Source of the DNA: the human T2T-CHM13v2.0 reference genome, Homo sapiens
Length of the DNA: 64,000 nt
Assembly: GCF_009914755.1 (NCBI RefSeq)
Contig: NC_060927.1
Reading direction: 5' to 3' (one strand)
The translations under genes were made by a program, and so were the position numbers. The notes under the pieces were generated by a model that was not told the DNA's origin, searched no databases, and saw only the letters and a program-made list of their open reading frames with translations. Each line of letters starts with the position of its first letter. Position 1 is the stretch's first letter. This document shows positions 16,577-32,222 of the stretch, piece by piece.

Positions 16577-17425
16577 TCAGCAGGGGTGAAAAGGAACCAT
16601 AAAGGAGATGGACCCTCATGTGCTGAGTCACCAACAACTGGTTTCAATTCACTGATCTGAAAAAGGAGACCAGGAAAAGGAGCTGGCATTGATTAGAGAG
16701 GGGTGTAGGGGGTTGTATTTTGAAGAGTTTTAGTTTGAGGGGCCTGTGGAATATCTGCCTGGAGGCTCAGGTCTTGTGTCCCAGGAGAAAAGACACCCCT
16801 GAAGGGTGCTAATTAGGCTCTGGGAGAGAATTAAGAAGTTGAGTGTAGAGAAAAAGAAAGCTGAGGCCAGAATCCAGCAGGAGGCAAATGAGAGTGGGGA
16901 GGGGAAACATGGAGGGACCCCAGCACATGCGGGGGCATGGACACCAGGAAGGAGAGCGTTTCAAAAGCTCCAAATGATGTAGGTTAGTTCATGAAGAAGA
17001 ACCCGGAAAGGGTACATAGCATTTGTTAGTTAGGGGATTGGTTTATTCTGTTGAGTCAAATTAAAAGTAAATAAGGAGAGGGATCAATATCCGGAGGCAT
17101 GATCAGTTGTGGCTCTTCAGAAAGATGGGCAGGTGAAAGAAAGGAGAAGACAGGGGGACAGCATGAAGGCTTCCTGGGACTGGAGACTTCAACAGCTAAG
17201 AAGCGGAATAACAAGACTAGCACAAAGTCTAGCTGGGGCAGGGTGCTTTCACCATACCCAGTGCACAGTTCAAACACCTGGCCATAGGTGTCAGGATCGT
17301 GCGGGGGTGGGGACATCAAAGCCACAGTGGAAATGACAGAACCAGGGACAAACCGCTTAGAGGCTGGTGAGGAAGATAAGGTATATATACTACATATGGG
17401 GTATTTTCATTATATGTTTTTCTTT

Positions 17426-17428
<3 letters not shown>

Positions 17429-17456
<28 letters not shown>
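17429..17456. repeat. (AC)14 microsatellite
   Basis: Direct read. Confidence 0.95.
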
Positions 17457-17462
<6 letters not shown>

Positions 17463-17469
17463 GAGTGAC

Positions 17470-18080
17470 TAGTGAAAAGGTCACAAATTATATGTTTCAC
17501 GTGGAATTTTTAAAACATTGAATTAGTTGCTAACATTTATTTGTATTTATTTATTTGAGATGGGGTCTCACTCTGTTGCCCAGGCTGGAGTACAGTGGCA
17601 TGATCTCAGCTCACTGCAATCTCTGCCTCTCAAGCAATCCTCTCCAGAGTGGCTGGAACCACAGGCAGGCACCACCATGCCCAGCTAAGTTTTTTGTATT
17701 TTTGGTAGAGACGGGGTTTCACCATGTTGCCCAGGCTGGTCTTGAACTCCTGAGCTCAGGCAATCTGCCTGCCTCAGCCTCCCAACGTGCTGGGATTACA
17801 AGCGTGAGCCATGGCACCTGGCCTAGTTGCTAATATTTAAAAATTGAGAATACTTCCTGTAAAAGACATTTTTTTTCTGACTTATCTTGATAAATGAAAT
17901 GACCTGGGTACTTTCCTGCTTGGCAGCCCTCGTCAGGAGCTGCTGGTGGTGGCACCTGCCTTGGATGGTGCAGGTGCTCTCCTGTGCCCTGGTCCTCACC
18001 AGTCCCTATTGTCTACCCCAGCCCACTCCATTCACTTTATCTCCTCGGCCCCTTTTAACACATGACTTTGCAACCCGTGG
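17470..18080. mobile_element. MER102-like hAT remnant, host of an Alu
   Basis: ccagtccctattgtctacccca...tttgcaacccgtg terminal pattern. Confidence 0.5.
17535..17824 (-). mobile_element. Alu (AluJb/S-like, internal deletion)
   Basis: TSD tagttgctaa(c/t)attta. Confidence 0.9.
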
Positions 18081-18261
18081 GCTGGAAGTTCTAGGCAGTG
18101 TGAAGAAAAAAGTCAAATGCTAATGAGCCATGGAAGGGGTTACGATTAGACTCAAGTTTAGAGCCAAATCTCAAAGGCTATTTTCAGTAATCCATAGATT
18201 TTGAATGTAACTTCTGTATTGCATTTCTTCTAAAATATAAACCTATGTATACAATATAAAT

Positions 18262-18530
18262 ACAGATTCACAGTCCCTTATTCACAATTTTGAAATTCAC
18301 AGGTTCTAAGGCACAAAGTTTTATTTTTAAAAACTAACTCAATGTTGGCAAGACCTGAGCTGATGTGGGGCTCTTTATAGAGTCTAGTTAGCCCACTTAG
18401 TGTGAATGTTCACACATTTTGCTGCAGAAATATTAACGCATAGGCTATGGGGTACATAATATACAGTCTATGCACCATAGTAACTTTATAAAATTCTAAA
18501 TTCTGGCCCCAAAGGTAAAAGTCTGGGACT
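18262..18530. mobile_element. TcMar-Tigger-type non-autonomous DNA transposon remnant
   Basis: cagattcacagtcccttattc...ttgctgcagaaatattaa...tctggccccaaagg. Confidence 0.5.
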
Positions 18531-21500
18531 CTTAAACAGCAACTTTCACATACTTATAAACGAAGGTATCACTTTCGCCATTTGAGAGGGGGAAAAAGTA
18601 CCCTGTTGGGAAACAAGGAGAAGTCTAAAACAGTATTTTCTAAAGAACATCTAGGAAGACAATAAGCAATATTTGGTGGGGGGAGTAATTCAGTATTCTC
18701 AAACCAGTAGCTGCAGGAACAAAGCAGGCATGTGATTTCACTATTTTTATTTTTATTTTTTTTTTGCCAACAGAAAGCAGAGAACACAAGTTTATTAGGA
18801 AGCAAGTCACTTCTCTTTTCCCCGTCCCCAGACAAACCTCCTCTTAATGTTCCTTACATACCAAGAAACAGACATCTCTACACCACAGTGATCTCACAAG
18901 GGGAGGTGAGAAGCTGCAACCATCCTCAAGTCTACTTGCTACAGTAAGACTGGTCATTAGAGACTCTGGCTTGTGGCTTGCCGAAAACACTAGCCAAGCC
19001 TGCAAATTGAGGCTTAACCCACTCCGGAGATAACCTGCCTTTTTTTGTGTCAAATAGAAGTCAGGCTCTGCAGGCTTCCAAGATCATATTACCCTTGCAT
19101 GGGCATTCCAGACTACCACACCTCCAGGCCCATTTCTGATTGGACTTTGACCAGTATTCTCAGTTGCCTGATGTTCTATTTTCTTCATTAGGGTGGTGGG
19201 GAGAAACATCATCCCGAAAAGGAGGCTGATGTTACCGCAGAAAGGCAGGCTCCCCAACGTCCTCCTCTTAGTCAAGGGTAGTCATTCTGTTCGCAGGGAT
19301 GCTAAGCATTTCAGAAAACCATCTCATGGATGTGCCAGCAGCATCCTGTACCTCTCCCCTGAGTGTATGCTACTGAACAGGGCCTGGATACCTGCTTGCT
19401 AAGCAGAGAAAAGCACGTACCTGGTTCTATGCCAAGCCCAAGAGAGGACCCACTTGGTATGACAATAGCCTAAGATCTCCAAGAAACTGTGATATTTTAA
19501 AAAGCTTTTCTATAAAGCCAGAGAATATGCTGGCGAGTTAGCTGTTTTCAACTGCACCTGAAGCTATGGAGCCACTAGAAAGGAATTTGGATGAAGTTTT
19601 CCTCCCTTCTTTCCTCTTTAATCTCTAAGGAATTGCTACTAAACCAAGGCCACACTGGCAGAGGCAGCGCCAACTGAGCCTTTCTCAAAGACAGTGTAGA
19701 AAAAAAAATGCCCTGCTGCCTCAATATCCTAGAATACGCTTCATTCCCCAATGCCCATCTGTAAAAGGCAATGCTCACTTTATGACAAACAAGGGGATAA
19801 ATGTGCTGGCACTGAAATTCAGACTCCACAGCCAGGCCCTGTGGGGTTGGCCACTTTAATGAGAATATCTACAACCCCCTCCTGTAATAATGGGAAAGCA
19901 GGGAAGGAGAGGAGAATGGTTCTACAAGGTTTTCATTTTGTCTGTAGTTATTTTACACCTGAAACAGAATCAAGAGTGGAAAACACCTTTCCATGTTTTG
20001 CACTTGCGGTTTTGGTCTGATCTCTCTTTCTCTTAATATGTTTTTAAATCTTTTCTTTCAGGTTAGATTTGAGTTTGTTTTCTCTGAAAATGCAAAAGGG
20101 CCTGTCCACATTGAACTCCTGGATCACCTCTCACCGATGAAAGTTCAATGCAAATGTAACGTGCTCGTAACACGTTTCCTAGTGAATGTATCTCTCTGCG
20201 AATCATTCGTGTGTGCTCAGCCTGCAAGCCTGGCAACCCACTGGCAACGTACCGAATCTGTTCAGTCCTTATACTGGATAGCTGACTCTTTCCATAATTT
20301 ATGTTACAGTGCCATCTGATGGTAGTTTATGACCACCATTTTTAAAAAGCCGGGCTGTCTCTTCTGCCTTTTAAAGAAATATATGGGTTTAAAAATCGTC
20401 TTTAATTAATCACAGCAGATAATGTGTCAGTGTGGTGGTCTGTAAACAAGAAAGCTGTTTCCACGTGAGGTCTGCTAAAGATGAGACACTACAGAGAGGA
20501 TTTTGAGCAGCCACACACACCTTAAAGACAACTGATTAATTTTTTTAAAGACATTCATGTTCTCGTTCAGTGACTATTACTGCATAATCCGACATTTCAG
20601 AAGCAGTGTTCTTTGTGAATGCCATGACATATTTGGGAAGAATATCAGAGGGAAAGTCTGTTCTAAGTAAATGATGTGTGGTCCAGAATTTTCGGCTCTG
20701 CATTCTCATTGTGCATCATTTATTTCTCCCTCTTCATTTCCAAAAAAACCCACAAAACTCTCTGGGCCCATACCGGCATGACACAAGGAAACCCAACCCC
20801 ACTTTTAAGCCCAATCATTTGCAAATGTATTTCAGTCCTAGGTTTAATTCTAGGAGAAGATTCCTTGGAGAAGCCTCATTCCGGAAGTCTGCCTGCCAAT
20901 TTTTGGAGGCTTTAAGGCTTGTTTCCTCTCTCTCCTCCAGGTTTCTTTCCACCCACAAAGTTAACGTGCATCGTGAATGGGCCTGAATATAATTCCTCCA
21001 ACAGAACTTGCCAGTTCTGTGGCTGCACTGCCAGTCACTCTCAGGAACGCGCAAAGAAAAAGATGATTTCAAGTCCAGGTTTGTTTGGGGGGTTCTGGGT
21101 AAATAAAATGAGTTTATGAGATAGGGATCTGGGAAGACCTGGGGTGTCAGGGAGGGTTTTTTTTTTTTTTAACTAAAGTAAATGCTCTAGCCTCCTCTTC
21201 AACGATGAAACAGTCTGATAGCTAGCAAAGTGATTGACTTCTAACTCCTACACTCAAAAGTCTTCAGTTCACATTCCATCCCCTTTTCCAGATTACCCCA
21301 TTTAATGTCTCATCACTCCTATAGGATCAAGATGAAAAGTTTGAGCTGAGGGAGCAAGCAGGGAAGACACCCCTTTCCTCTTCATAAAGAAGACACAGAA
21401 CACACAGTGATTCATTAGGAAGGAAGAGAAATTAATATGCATTTAACCAGATGCAAAATAGGAACTTGGGAACAAAGGCAGTTTAAAAAAAGGCATTCGA

Positions 21501-23080
21501 ATGTCAGAGATTTCTCAGGTTCTTCCTGCCCTGTCACAATCAACATGCCTTCCTTTCTAACTGCTCCCTTTTCAGTAATTGTAGGGATCACAATTTCAAA
21601 TTAAACATTCCTAATAAGTCACGGTGGGTTTTGCTTACTTGGTTTTGCTTCTTTTATTCTCTCCTGTACTCCCCCCGCCCCCCGCCCCTTTGTTTTGCTT
21701 ATAAACTTACCTTTGCTGACCCTTCTCTCCTGTTTTGGGGGGCTGTTCTTGCTTCCTTCCCTGCACTTAAAATGTTCTTGTCTCTTCAACTGTCATCCCC
21801 AAATCAGCACGAGCATGTCTGGTGCTCACATTTCCCCCATCTTTGGTTGAGTGTGTGTTTTTGTGTGTCTGTTATTGTTTCCCTCCCCACCCCCCTTTAA
21901 TTAGAAGAACACTATCAGAGACTCCAACACATTCAGCTGGGTCTGAACTGACTGTACCCATTAGGAATTCTTAAAGTGCAGATCGACTCTCCAAAATGAC
22001 TTTTTACAGATGCAAAACTGACTTCATGGGTTGCCTCACCCCCACTCCATCTCCCGACGTGTATGGTTTTTCATCGCTGTTCCAATTTAAATTTCTCAGT
22101 CTACCACTCAAAAGAGATGATTTTTTTCTAATATCCATCCTGCAAACTCCATCTGGGATCCCCCAAACAAGCTGTGTTCTTCTGTTTCTCTCACAGGCAG
22201 GAATTATAAAAAGTCTGCAATAAGAGCAGGAAGGAGGTCAGACCTTCTTGGTCCTGAACCACAAGCGTTTTAATGCCTGGAAACACACAGGGTAATTGAA
22301 CAGGGAAGATAAAATAAATGTCCACTTAGAGGCGATTGCCCCACCCTATCCATCCAGCCTGCGGATCCGGTGCACATCACCTTGGGAAAGCCCAAGTTAC
22401 AGTCCACAAAAAACCAGAAGCAAGGAGCATCTACTATAATCACAATTATCCTACGATCTTCATGCCTCGCAGGATTACTATCCTTCCAAGCTTTGGGCCT
22501 AGTGTCTTGTGTGAACAGAGAACCAGATGGGAGTTTTGGGGGCTAAAATGGATCCACCAATTATTTATAGATTCGGACTAAAAATCATGTGAACCGCCTT
22601 CTGTGGAGTTCCATCTTCCGAGAACAGACTTGAAATAGACATAGTTGTGGAAAGTCTCGGAATCATTTAGAATAATCCTGAACATGGTATTGCAAGTAGG
22701 GAATGGTAGAGTGAAGTCTAAAGAATGTTAAAAGCCCCTTCAAAAAGAAGGGCAGAGTTTTAGAACAATCTTTCGGAGAGCTCTAGAATCAGACCACGTG
22801 GTTCAATTTTATATCCTGTTGGTCTTAGTAGCATTGACCCTAGACATTTTTTTTTTTTCCTGCTGAAAAAACCTTTAAAGTTTGACATGACTGCTTTGCA
22901 TAGCTAAGTGTGACCAGCTTTGGAGAAGAAGAAAATTGTTCTTACTGCCTTGCATACGATAGACAATCAACATTTATTGAAAGGATGAAAATAAAAACAG
23001 ACCTTTTATCATGCAAAGTATATGACTACGTATCGTATGATAAAGTTTCCTTAAGCTCTGTATTTTATTTTTTTAACTTT

Positions 23081-23084
<4 letters not shown>

Positions 23085-23130
<46 letters not shown>

Positions 23131-23138
23131 TTTTTTTT
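23085..23138. repeat. (TA)14 fused to T26
   Basis: Direct read. Confidence 0.95.
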
Positions 23139-23209
23139 CTGAAGCAGTGGGAGTGGGGAGGCAACATTTCTTAAATAATTCCTTTGTGCTAGCTACCATA
23201 CTAAATACC

Positions 23210-23488
23210 TTTTTTTTTTTTTTGAGACAGGGTCTAGATCTGCTGCCCAGGATGGAGTGCAGTAGCATGATCACAGCTCACTGCAGCCGCAGCCTCAACC
23301 TTCCAGGCTCAAGCGATCCTCCCAGCTCAGCCCCCCAAGCACCTGGGATAACAGGCACGCGCCAGCAAGCCCGACTAATTTTTGTATTTTTAGTAGAGAC
23401 CGGGTTTCACCATATTGCCCAGGCTGGTCTCAAACTCCTTGGCCTCCCAAAGTGCTGGGATTACAGGTGTGAGCCACGGTACCCGGCC
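23210..23488 (-). mobile_element. Alu (AluJ-like, deletion in left arm)
   Basis: Alu consensus match. Confidence 0.9.
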
Positions 23489-23570
23489 TAAATATTTTAA
23501 CCTATGTTGCTTCATTTCAACCTCACAACAACCAAAAATCTTTTACATTTTACTGTGGAATAATCACCTG

Positions 23571-23903
<333 letters not shown>

Positions 23904-24132
23904 AATCACCTGGTTATTATTGGTTGAGAAAGGTTACCAGCTTGTCCAGGGTCACCCAGCCAACTAGAGCCCAAGCCCCAGCTACCCCTTAGATGCTGCT
24001 GGGTCCACTGTGATTCCGATTAAGAAATGCTGCCTTCCTTGTTACTCATTTATCTCAATACCAAGATGGAGGGAATGTTTTGAGAATGGCTGAGGCCATG
24101 AGCATTTTTCAGGGATGGTTACATTTTCGTAG

Positions 24133-24505
<373 letters not shown>

Positions 24506-27209
24506 TTAAATTTCTTAAATAACTCTCTTCAGTCTCCTGGAAAGCATGGCCAAGGGTCAGATGCTTAGTTCCAAGCTGCTCTCCACAGGCTCTCCTGTTA
24601 ACGGACTCATTTGGTCTACACGCTACCTAAAATGCTTAAAAGGAAAATTTAGAAATGAACTTAATATTTGGTGACATCCATACATGAGTTATAATGCTAA
24701 TTCTAAAATAAGCTATTTATACTGATTTACTTTTCACTGATATCCATTTAAATATACATAATATCCCTAAACATACAGGAAATTAATAACTTTAATTAGC
24801 ATGTATTCTCTACTTGGAAAAAATCTTCATTCATTTTGCCACTCTATTGAGCTTGCTTGGAATCAAAACAAACTTTCTCATTTTCCTGATTGCCTTTAAT
24901 TCTCAGGAAACTCAGACTTTCCCAGCTAAAAGAAAACCCTGGTATTACAGGGTACCCCCCCACCACATACCCACACACAGAGGTGTTAACTGGGCCAGGC
25001 ATAAAGATCTTGAAAACTGATACAATTCCAGGCTCTCTGCTCCATGTGGTTTGAATGTCAGTTGAAAGAAATCAATTTTCTAAAAATTACAATAAAGCAT
25101 GCATTGAGTTATCAATGTTCACTTTCTATGGGGTCATTTTCAAGTTAATCACCTAAAATTTTTAAAGTCCCCGCTTTATGATGCTCAGAAAGCTGCAAAG
25201 GCGGAAACATATCTCTCCTCTTAGTTTCACATCCTCTTGTGTCCCCATTTTTTTCCCACTGTCATGCCATGGAGTGTCGTGGGATTGTGAGTGTGTTTGT
25301 GTGTTCTCTGCTTATTCTTTGTACTTCGATTGAACACCACCTTAGATCATCGTTGACAAGAGAGTAAAGGTTATCATTAGCATGTTGAATAATGGATGGG
25401 GTCCATTGTATTTTCTTGTTTAGGAAAATAAATCATCCTGAAAACTTGTATTATGTTCTATGTGAAATGGAAGCACATCAGCACTTGTTATGTTTTCCTC
25501 TCCTGAGTCGGTTTGGCAGGGCGCCTGAGGCTGGAAAGAACAGCCAGGGGTTGCCAAGCAAGGGCTGGCTTGATTCCGTGCCCGTTCCTCTAGGGGATGT
25601 AAACATCCTGCCCTGGAATACTTCACCAACCTGCAGCTAGAAAACTACTGTGTACAACCGGGCAACTGGGAGAATTGGAAACTGTGAGTCACAGCACCCA
25701 CAAGGCCCTGCTGGGTAACGAGGAGGTCAGGTGTTGAAGCTTCCTCCGCCCCACCCCAGCCCCCAGAATGAGGATGGCACTCAATTCAGCAGAGAGACAT
25801 ACAGGAATCAAGTGTAGGGGAAGGGCAAAGGAGTCTAGGATTTCCTGAGGACCTACCATCCACATGCCAGATACTGTTGGGCACCTTCATGCACATTCAC
25901 TCGTGTCAAATGGAGCAGGACTGCTCAGCGGTTAAGGCTACAGGTGTCTAGAGTGAGACACACCTGAGACCCACCACTCACTGATTGGGCCGTCTTGGGC
26001 AATTTGCTTAATCTCTCTAATTCTCAATATATGATCAGCCAAATGGAGATGGACCAGTTAAAATACTGAAATCCCTTCACATCACAAGGGTAGGAGCAGT
26101 TGCCCTGAGTCCTGAGAGCACACACACTCCCACTGCACTGGTGGAACAAGCTCGTTCCTGGAAACCCCCCAGTGATGCAGGAGACTCAAGCCCGAAAGAG
26201 CCTTGAAGGCCTGTCTAGAGGCAAGGGCTGGTTTGCTGTCATTGACTGTTACCCACATCACACCAGTCGCTAGCCAGCTTTACAGGGCTGTCATAGCCAC
26301 AGAGGTGGGGTCTACAAAGACTATCATGTGACAGGCCTGAAATACATGATAATAATAGTTATGCCCATTATATAGACAGGGAAAGCTAGGCTAAACGAGG
26401 TTAAACAACAGGGCTAAAGCCATGTATGGAACCAAGATATGAATCAAGGCGAGTTGGACTCGCAAGCTTGCGCCTCTCAACCCTGATGTATGATTGGAGA
26501 ATCATAAGTGCCCATTTAATGACAGCATAAAAGAGCTTCCCTCCTAGAAAGAGCCATGGCATCAAGTGGATTTCAGATGTCCATGCTCATCTAAATGTCG
26601 CTCTTGAGGATTCGTGTAAAAGGCAGGCATGGACCCAGTTGCTACATGTTTTAATTATGGCATCAGACTTATTACATGGAAACTGCTTTTCTCAAATCTG
26701 AATAGAACATACTGGTCTCAGCCATGGCATCAACTGTGACAGGGGCACAGATCGTCTTCTTGACAGGATGTGATTCTTATGTTTGGGCACTCTGAATGGG
26801 CCATGAGTTGAGCCTCTGTTGTTCTGTGTGAACTCTGAGGATAGGGGTGGAAGGAGAAAGCGTGTCAAGATCTAATTCCATATTGAGAATAACATTATTA
26901 CTTTAAAACTTTTATCAGGGTAGAATACTGCCAGGATATATTAAAAACAATAAAGGTTCACCAATTAGAAATGTAATTCTCACACTGTGGTCACAACACA
27001 GTTCCTATACCCACAGTCTTCTGATTCCACATCCTGCTTCTCCATCAGGTATTAATATTTGAGTACGAGATAGTCACCTGGGGGCAGGAGGGTGCTTTCA
27101 TGAGAACAGAACATAAGGCAGTTAAGTTTTGTTAAGAAAGCGGGGAAGAGGCAGGTACATTACTGGGAGGAGGCCAAAGTGTAGATTATTCTAGAAGTAA
27201 TCTAGGACT

Positions 27210-27378
27210 TTGCTATTCAGCCTGTGGTTCACAGACCAACAGCATGGGTGTTGCCTGGGAGCCTGACAGATGTCAGAATCTGAGGCCCACTCCTGGCCTA
27301 AGGATCAGAGTCTGTATTTTAATCAAATGCCCAGGCAGTCAGTATGTATGCTCATTGCTGCTGGAGAAGCTCTGCTCT
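27210..27378. mobile_element. MER5A-like
   Basis: tgtggttcacagaccaacagcat...cagaatctgaggcccac. Confidence 0.65.
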
Positions 27379-28689
27379 AGGGGGCCCAGCCTCTGCTCAC
27401 ACTCAGTGGGTAGGAGTTGGTGGGGGTGGTGTGAGCAGAAAATGAAGCTGTAAGAGATGGGAAGGTACCCAAGTGTTTGCCTAAGAGGTTATCCTGTCTG
27501 AATCGGCTGGAGGGAAAAAAAATTCTGTTCTCCGATGATGAGCAGGCTGCGGCTGCAGTTGCACACAGCGTGATGACCATCTGTGTATAAAAAGTGAAGC
27601 TGAAAAAAAAAAGAAAGAAAGAAAGCCAAGAAAAGAAACACTGTGCAGGAGTGCAGAATTGCTACAGAGGCTAAGCATGGCCAGGTGTTTAAGCAGGAAA
27701 GCCAGTCTTGAAGATCAAAGGCAAGTCGATTGTAAAAGAGAACATCTTGCCCACCAAACCCGGGCCCTCTGAATGGAGAGAGAGCGACATCTGAATAGAC
27801 CAGATGTTAGCAGCCGAGGGATCCTTAGAGCCTAGAATAAACTCACCTAAATAGCTCTGTGGCATCAAAACCTCATTATCTGCCAGGCCCACCGCTAAAT
27901 ACAAACACAGGTTCTATCAGCTGATGTGAAAGAAGTCCTTCCAGGCACCCAGCTGAGGCAGTAGGAATTTTCAGTCTCTGTTGTAAATGGGCAGTAATTA
28001 ATTATAGGACAGACACCGAAGCCCAAAAAAATAAGTTCTGTTTTGCGGATGACAAGGAGATGTCGTTTTTGGAAAGAGCTGTGTGAGCACTTCGTGGTAA
28101 CCAGTCTGGGGCCATCACAGGTGCTATCTCCTGCAGGCCTGACACGGGGCAGGCTGGTTATTTTTATGAAGGATGAGGGCCTGGGGCTCTGAAGCTTCCA
28201 CCCCCTCATGCTTGCACTTCAGTTCCAGTACCCCAACACCATCCTTCCACCAGCAGCCCAGCAGAATCGTGGGGCACTGGCAGGGATGCGAGCGTTTCAT
28301 CAACTTGTGAATTTTCCACAAGTACAAGCTGGTCTCCTCTTAATTGCCCCCACAGAGATTCTCATAAATACTTTTAAATATAATAATTGTTATTGTTATT
28401 TTACTTTGTTCTTCTAGATGGCATTTTTCCTTCAAGCAACTCAAAAGAATGATTCTGAAGTTATCCAATTAATCTTTGCAACATTCCTGTGAAGAAGAGG
28501 GTTGGGGGGCGGGGGCGGCAGTTTCTTTACGTTTCTGGAGGAGAGGGAAGGAACAGCAAGGTTAAAGGGACAGAGTGAAATAAAGATGACCCTGAAATAG
28601 AAACTGGGAAGCCTCGTGCTCCCAAAGGGTCCTCAATTTCCAAGTTTATTATCATCCAAAGTGTGCAACTGCTTAGGCCAGTACCCTAT

Positions 28690-29740
28690 GTGAAAAGCAC
28701 TAGTATTCAGATCTTGCTGTCACCTCTCAGGAAGTCATGACTTTGTGCAAGTCATTTAGCCTCCTTGGGCCTCCATTTCCCATGCGTCAAATAAAGAGGA
28801 TATCTTAATGGAATGTGGCATAGAAAAGATCCAAGGCCTCTCCTTCAGGGTAGCAAACCCTCTGGAATCCAACCGCAATGGGCTCCTTGCAGTTTTATGC
28901 ATGAGGCTGTTTTAGGCTTTGCAGTGGAAATGGCACACTTTGGCATGACATGGAGCAAGAGAGTCCAAGGACAGGCATGATAGACATCCTGATTCAGATC
29001 TTAGTTCCAGCACTTTTTAAGTCCTATCACTTTCAACAGGTCACTTAACCACTCTGAGCCTCTGTTTCCTCATTTGTCAAATGGTGGATGGTGAGATAAT
29101 GCTTAACACGAGTCTGGCATTGAGTAGGTGCTCAATAAGTATACAGAAAGTGGTTAAGAGGAGGAGCCTGGGGTCAAAGTGTCCGTATTTGAATCCTGGC
29201 TCACCACTTTCCAGCTAAGTCACCTTGGACAAGTCACTTTGCCTCGCTAGATAAGAAAAGTTCCTAGAGGATTAAGCAAGCGAATACATGTAATTTGTAA
29301 AAGAGTCTGGCACAGGGTCCATGCTTGATAAATGTTATCATTAATCATATTATAATTATTGCTTAATTTCTTGTTTCCATTTTGTCTTAAGAAACCACAA
29401 ACACTGGCCTCCACCTCCAAGGAAGGAGATTACTTCATACTGTAAGGGCAAGGTGGAGGGGAGAGTGTCTCAGTATAGAACCACTTTCCACCAATAAATT
29501 GAAAGAAGCGTCTCTTAGCTGGAAGTATTCCCTCTGGAATCACACAGGGCTGTGGTCTGCCACTCACCGACCAGCTAAGTGATGCTGGGCAAGTCTCTGC
29601 ACCTTTCTCTCGGCCAACTCATCTGCAAACCAGAGGTAACCAGCTCACTGCCTTGATTTGTTAGAAAGATTACATGAGCTAATGCACACAAACACATTTT
29701 GTAAACTCTTAAATGCCTCATATATTGAAAGTGCTATAAA
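28690..29740. mobile_element. Cluster of MIR remnants
   Basis: Repeated MIR cores (aagtcacttaaccactctgagcctctgtttcctcatttgtcaaatgg). Confidence 0.7.
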
Positions 29741-31881
29741 TTCAGAAAGATACACTTATATGCGAAAAGCATGCAAAGCTCTGAATTTTCATTAGAACAT
29801 GGGGAAAACTCAACATGTGTGCTTCTATGTTTCGTTCCCTTGAATTACAAAATGCAATGTTAAAAATCTCTTGTCTCAGGTAGAAGAAGAAAGAAGGCAT
29901 TTTAATTTCCGGTGGTGCCAGCACATGGGGCTTGGGCTTCACCACCAGCTGCTGTAAAACCAAACCAAACAAACAATATATCCACCGACCCAAAGTAACT
30001 CAAAGTAACTGGATTTCTCTTTGCTGAGTTTCCTGTGAATACTTCAAAGCCTGGAGACTTTGCAGATGTCTTGGTGGTGATTTCCCTTTAGCAAACACAT
30101 GGGAAATACTCCAATAAGAGAGAAGCCAGCTCCATGAAAGAAGACTTGGGGGCAGAAACCGAGGGAAGATGGTTTGCAAGCTGAGCATGATGAGTGCAGT
30201 AGCCTGATCTTCATTTCTCACATGCTTAGCACACATTTGCATCTGGGGCTAATTCTTCAGCTTACCTCCAGTGTTTACAGCAAGGAAGCGTTTCTTGGGT
30301 TCTAGCCCATGAATACTCAAAACTGAACTTGAATAGAAAGCATTATATTAAATACTTCACTATTGCCAAGCCCCTTGCAAGCCGCCATCCCCATCAGAAG
30401 AGAAGAACAGGTGGCCTCCTGCTCCTGCTTGGAGGTGCGGGAGGGGATTGGGACACTGGGCGAAGGATGGGTCTCCTCGCCTGTTGTGTTATTTTCAAAT
30501 TTGTATTTCTTTTACATTTTTGATTCTCCTTCCAAAGCAAATTTCCCTAAACATGTAATCGGGGAAATTTTTTACCTTGAGCATCTCTAAAGCTGTAACA
30601 CAGAAAGTAAATATTTGCTTTCAGGAAAGTTTGTTTGTGGATTAAAATCTGCTTCTTTGAATCAAGAATCAGCTTATCCTTTCAAAATAAGAATTTATTA
30701 CAAAACTACAACACTGTCTACAAACCTACAGACAAAGATTGGTAACAGTCCATGCAGTCGGCAAAATGATTGCTCCCAGGCTCTAAGGCAGGGCCCTTGG
30801 GTTTTTTCCAGGGGTGAAGATGGTGCCCAGCATGCTCTCCCCAGGCATCAGCAGGATGCTTTACAAGGCAGTGGCCTAGATATTGGGGTGAGGACCCCCA
30901 TCTGCAGGACAGAGTGAAGCTTCTTCATCCACTGGATCACCAAACTCTCAGGCCCAACCAGGCCTTTACCGGGAGACGTCCCGCCTGCCTGACTGTGGTT
31001 CGCCGCTCATGCCTGTTTTATGCAACAAAAGTCCTTTGAACACTTACTATGACCCAGCCATGGAGGCCACCTGAGTGAATATCATGGTGTCCGCCATCAC
31101 CTAGTCTAGTGTGAGGGACAGGCAAACAGCGTGCCACCTGCTATACTTGAAGGGGTGCAGGGCTGCAAGCGACAAAGGAGGGGTATCCCCTGAGGTAGGG
31201 AGGGGCTTTCCTGAGGCAGATCAGGCAGGTAAGTGGGCAGGGAGAGGGAGGGAGAAGGAGAGTGCTACAGCAGACAGGGCAGCCTGGGAAGGTCCCTCCC
31301 CTGCAGGGAGGAGCGGCAGGAGGGGTAATGGGAGTGGATCCAGAAAAGGCTGCAGACTCAGCTCCTTGTGGGCTAATGGAGGATCAGGACTTTATCTACA
31401 GGGCAATGGGGAGCCACTGCATCACCAAGTCCCAGTCCACTGGCTTCTTGTTTTATGTTAATTACTCAACTTGATAGAGCCTGACTACATACAAAACTTA
31501 GGATACCACACAAAACCAGGGCAGAATCATCATCTTCATACTCCATTTAAAAAAATGGAGGCTTTGGATTTAGGCAGCATGCCTAAGGTCACCCAGCTAT
31601 TGGAACTTGATGCTATAGTGGATTTTTTTGGGTTTTGTCACCCAGAATCAATGCCTCCATTTTTTTTTGGTGGGGGGTGGGGGGAGAATCATCTTCATGA
31701 TTTCACCCCAGCTGTAGGAATGGGTCACTTAAGCCTGGCCTGGCACAGCACTTCCATCCTTTGGCCACAGTGATTGGCTCAGGAAAAGAGTCAGGTAGAA
31801 CCAATGGTACACAACCTTGGGGCTTACTGGGACTGTTGAGAGAGAGAGAGAGGCCCATTCTGTCTCTTTTGGACTTAAAAA

Positions 31882-32222
<341 letters not shown>

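Noticed and set aside
20021-22200. Strong-looking plus-strand acceptors (AG at 20060-20061 and ~22196) as lncRNA exons
   Set aside because: No matching donors, promoter or PAS could be tied to them; such sites are common by chance.
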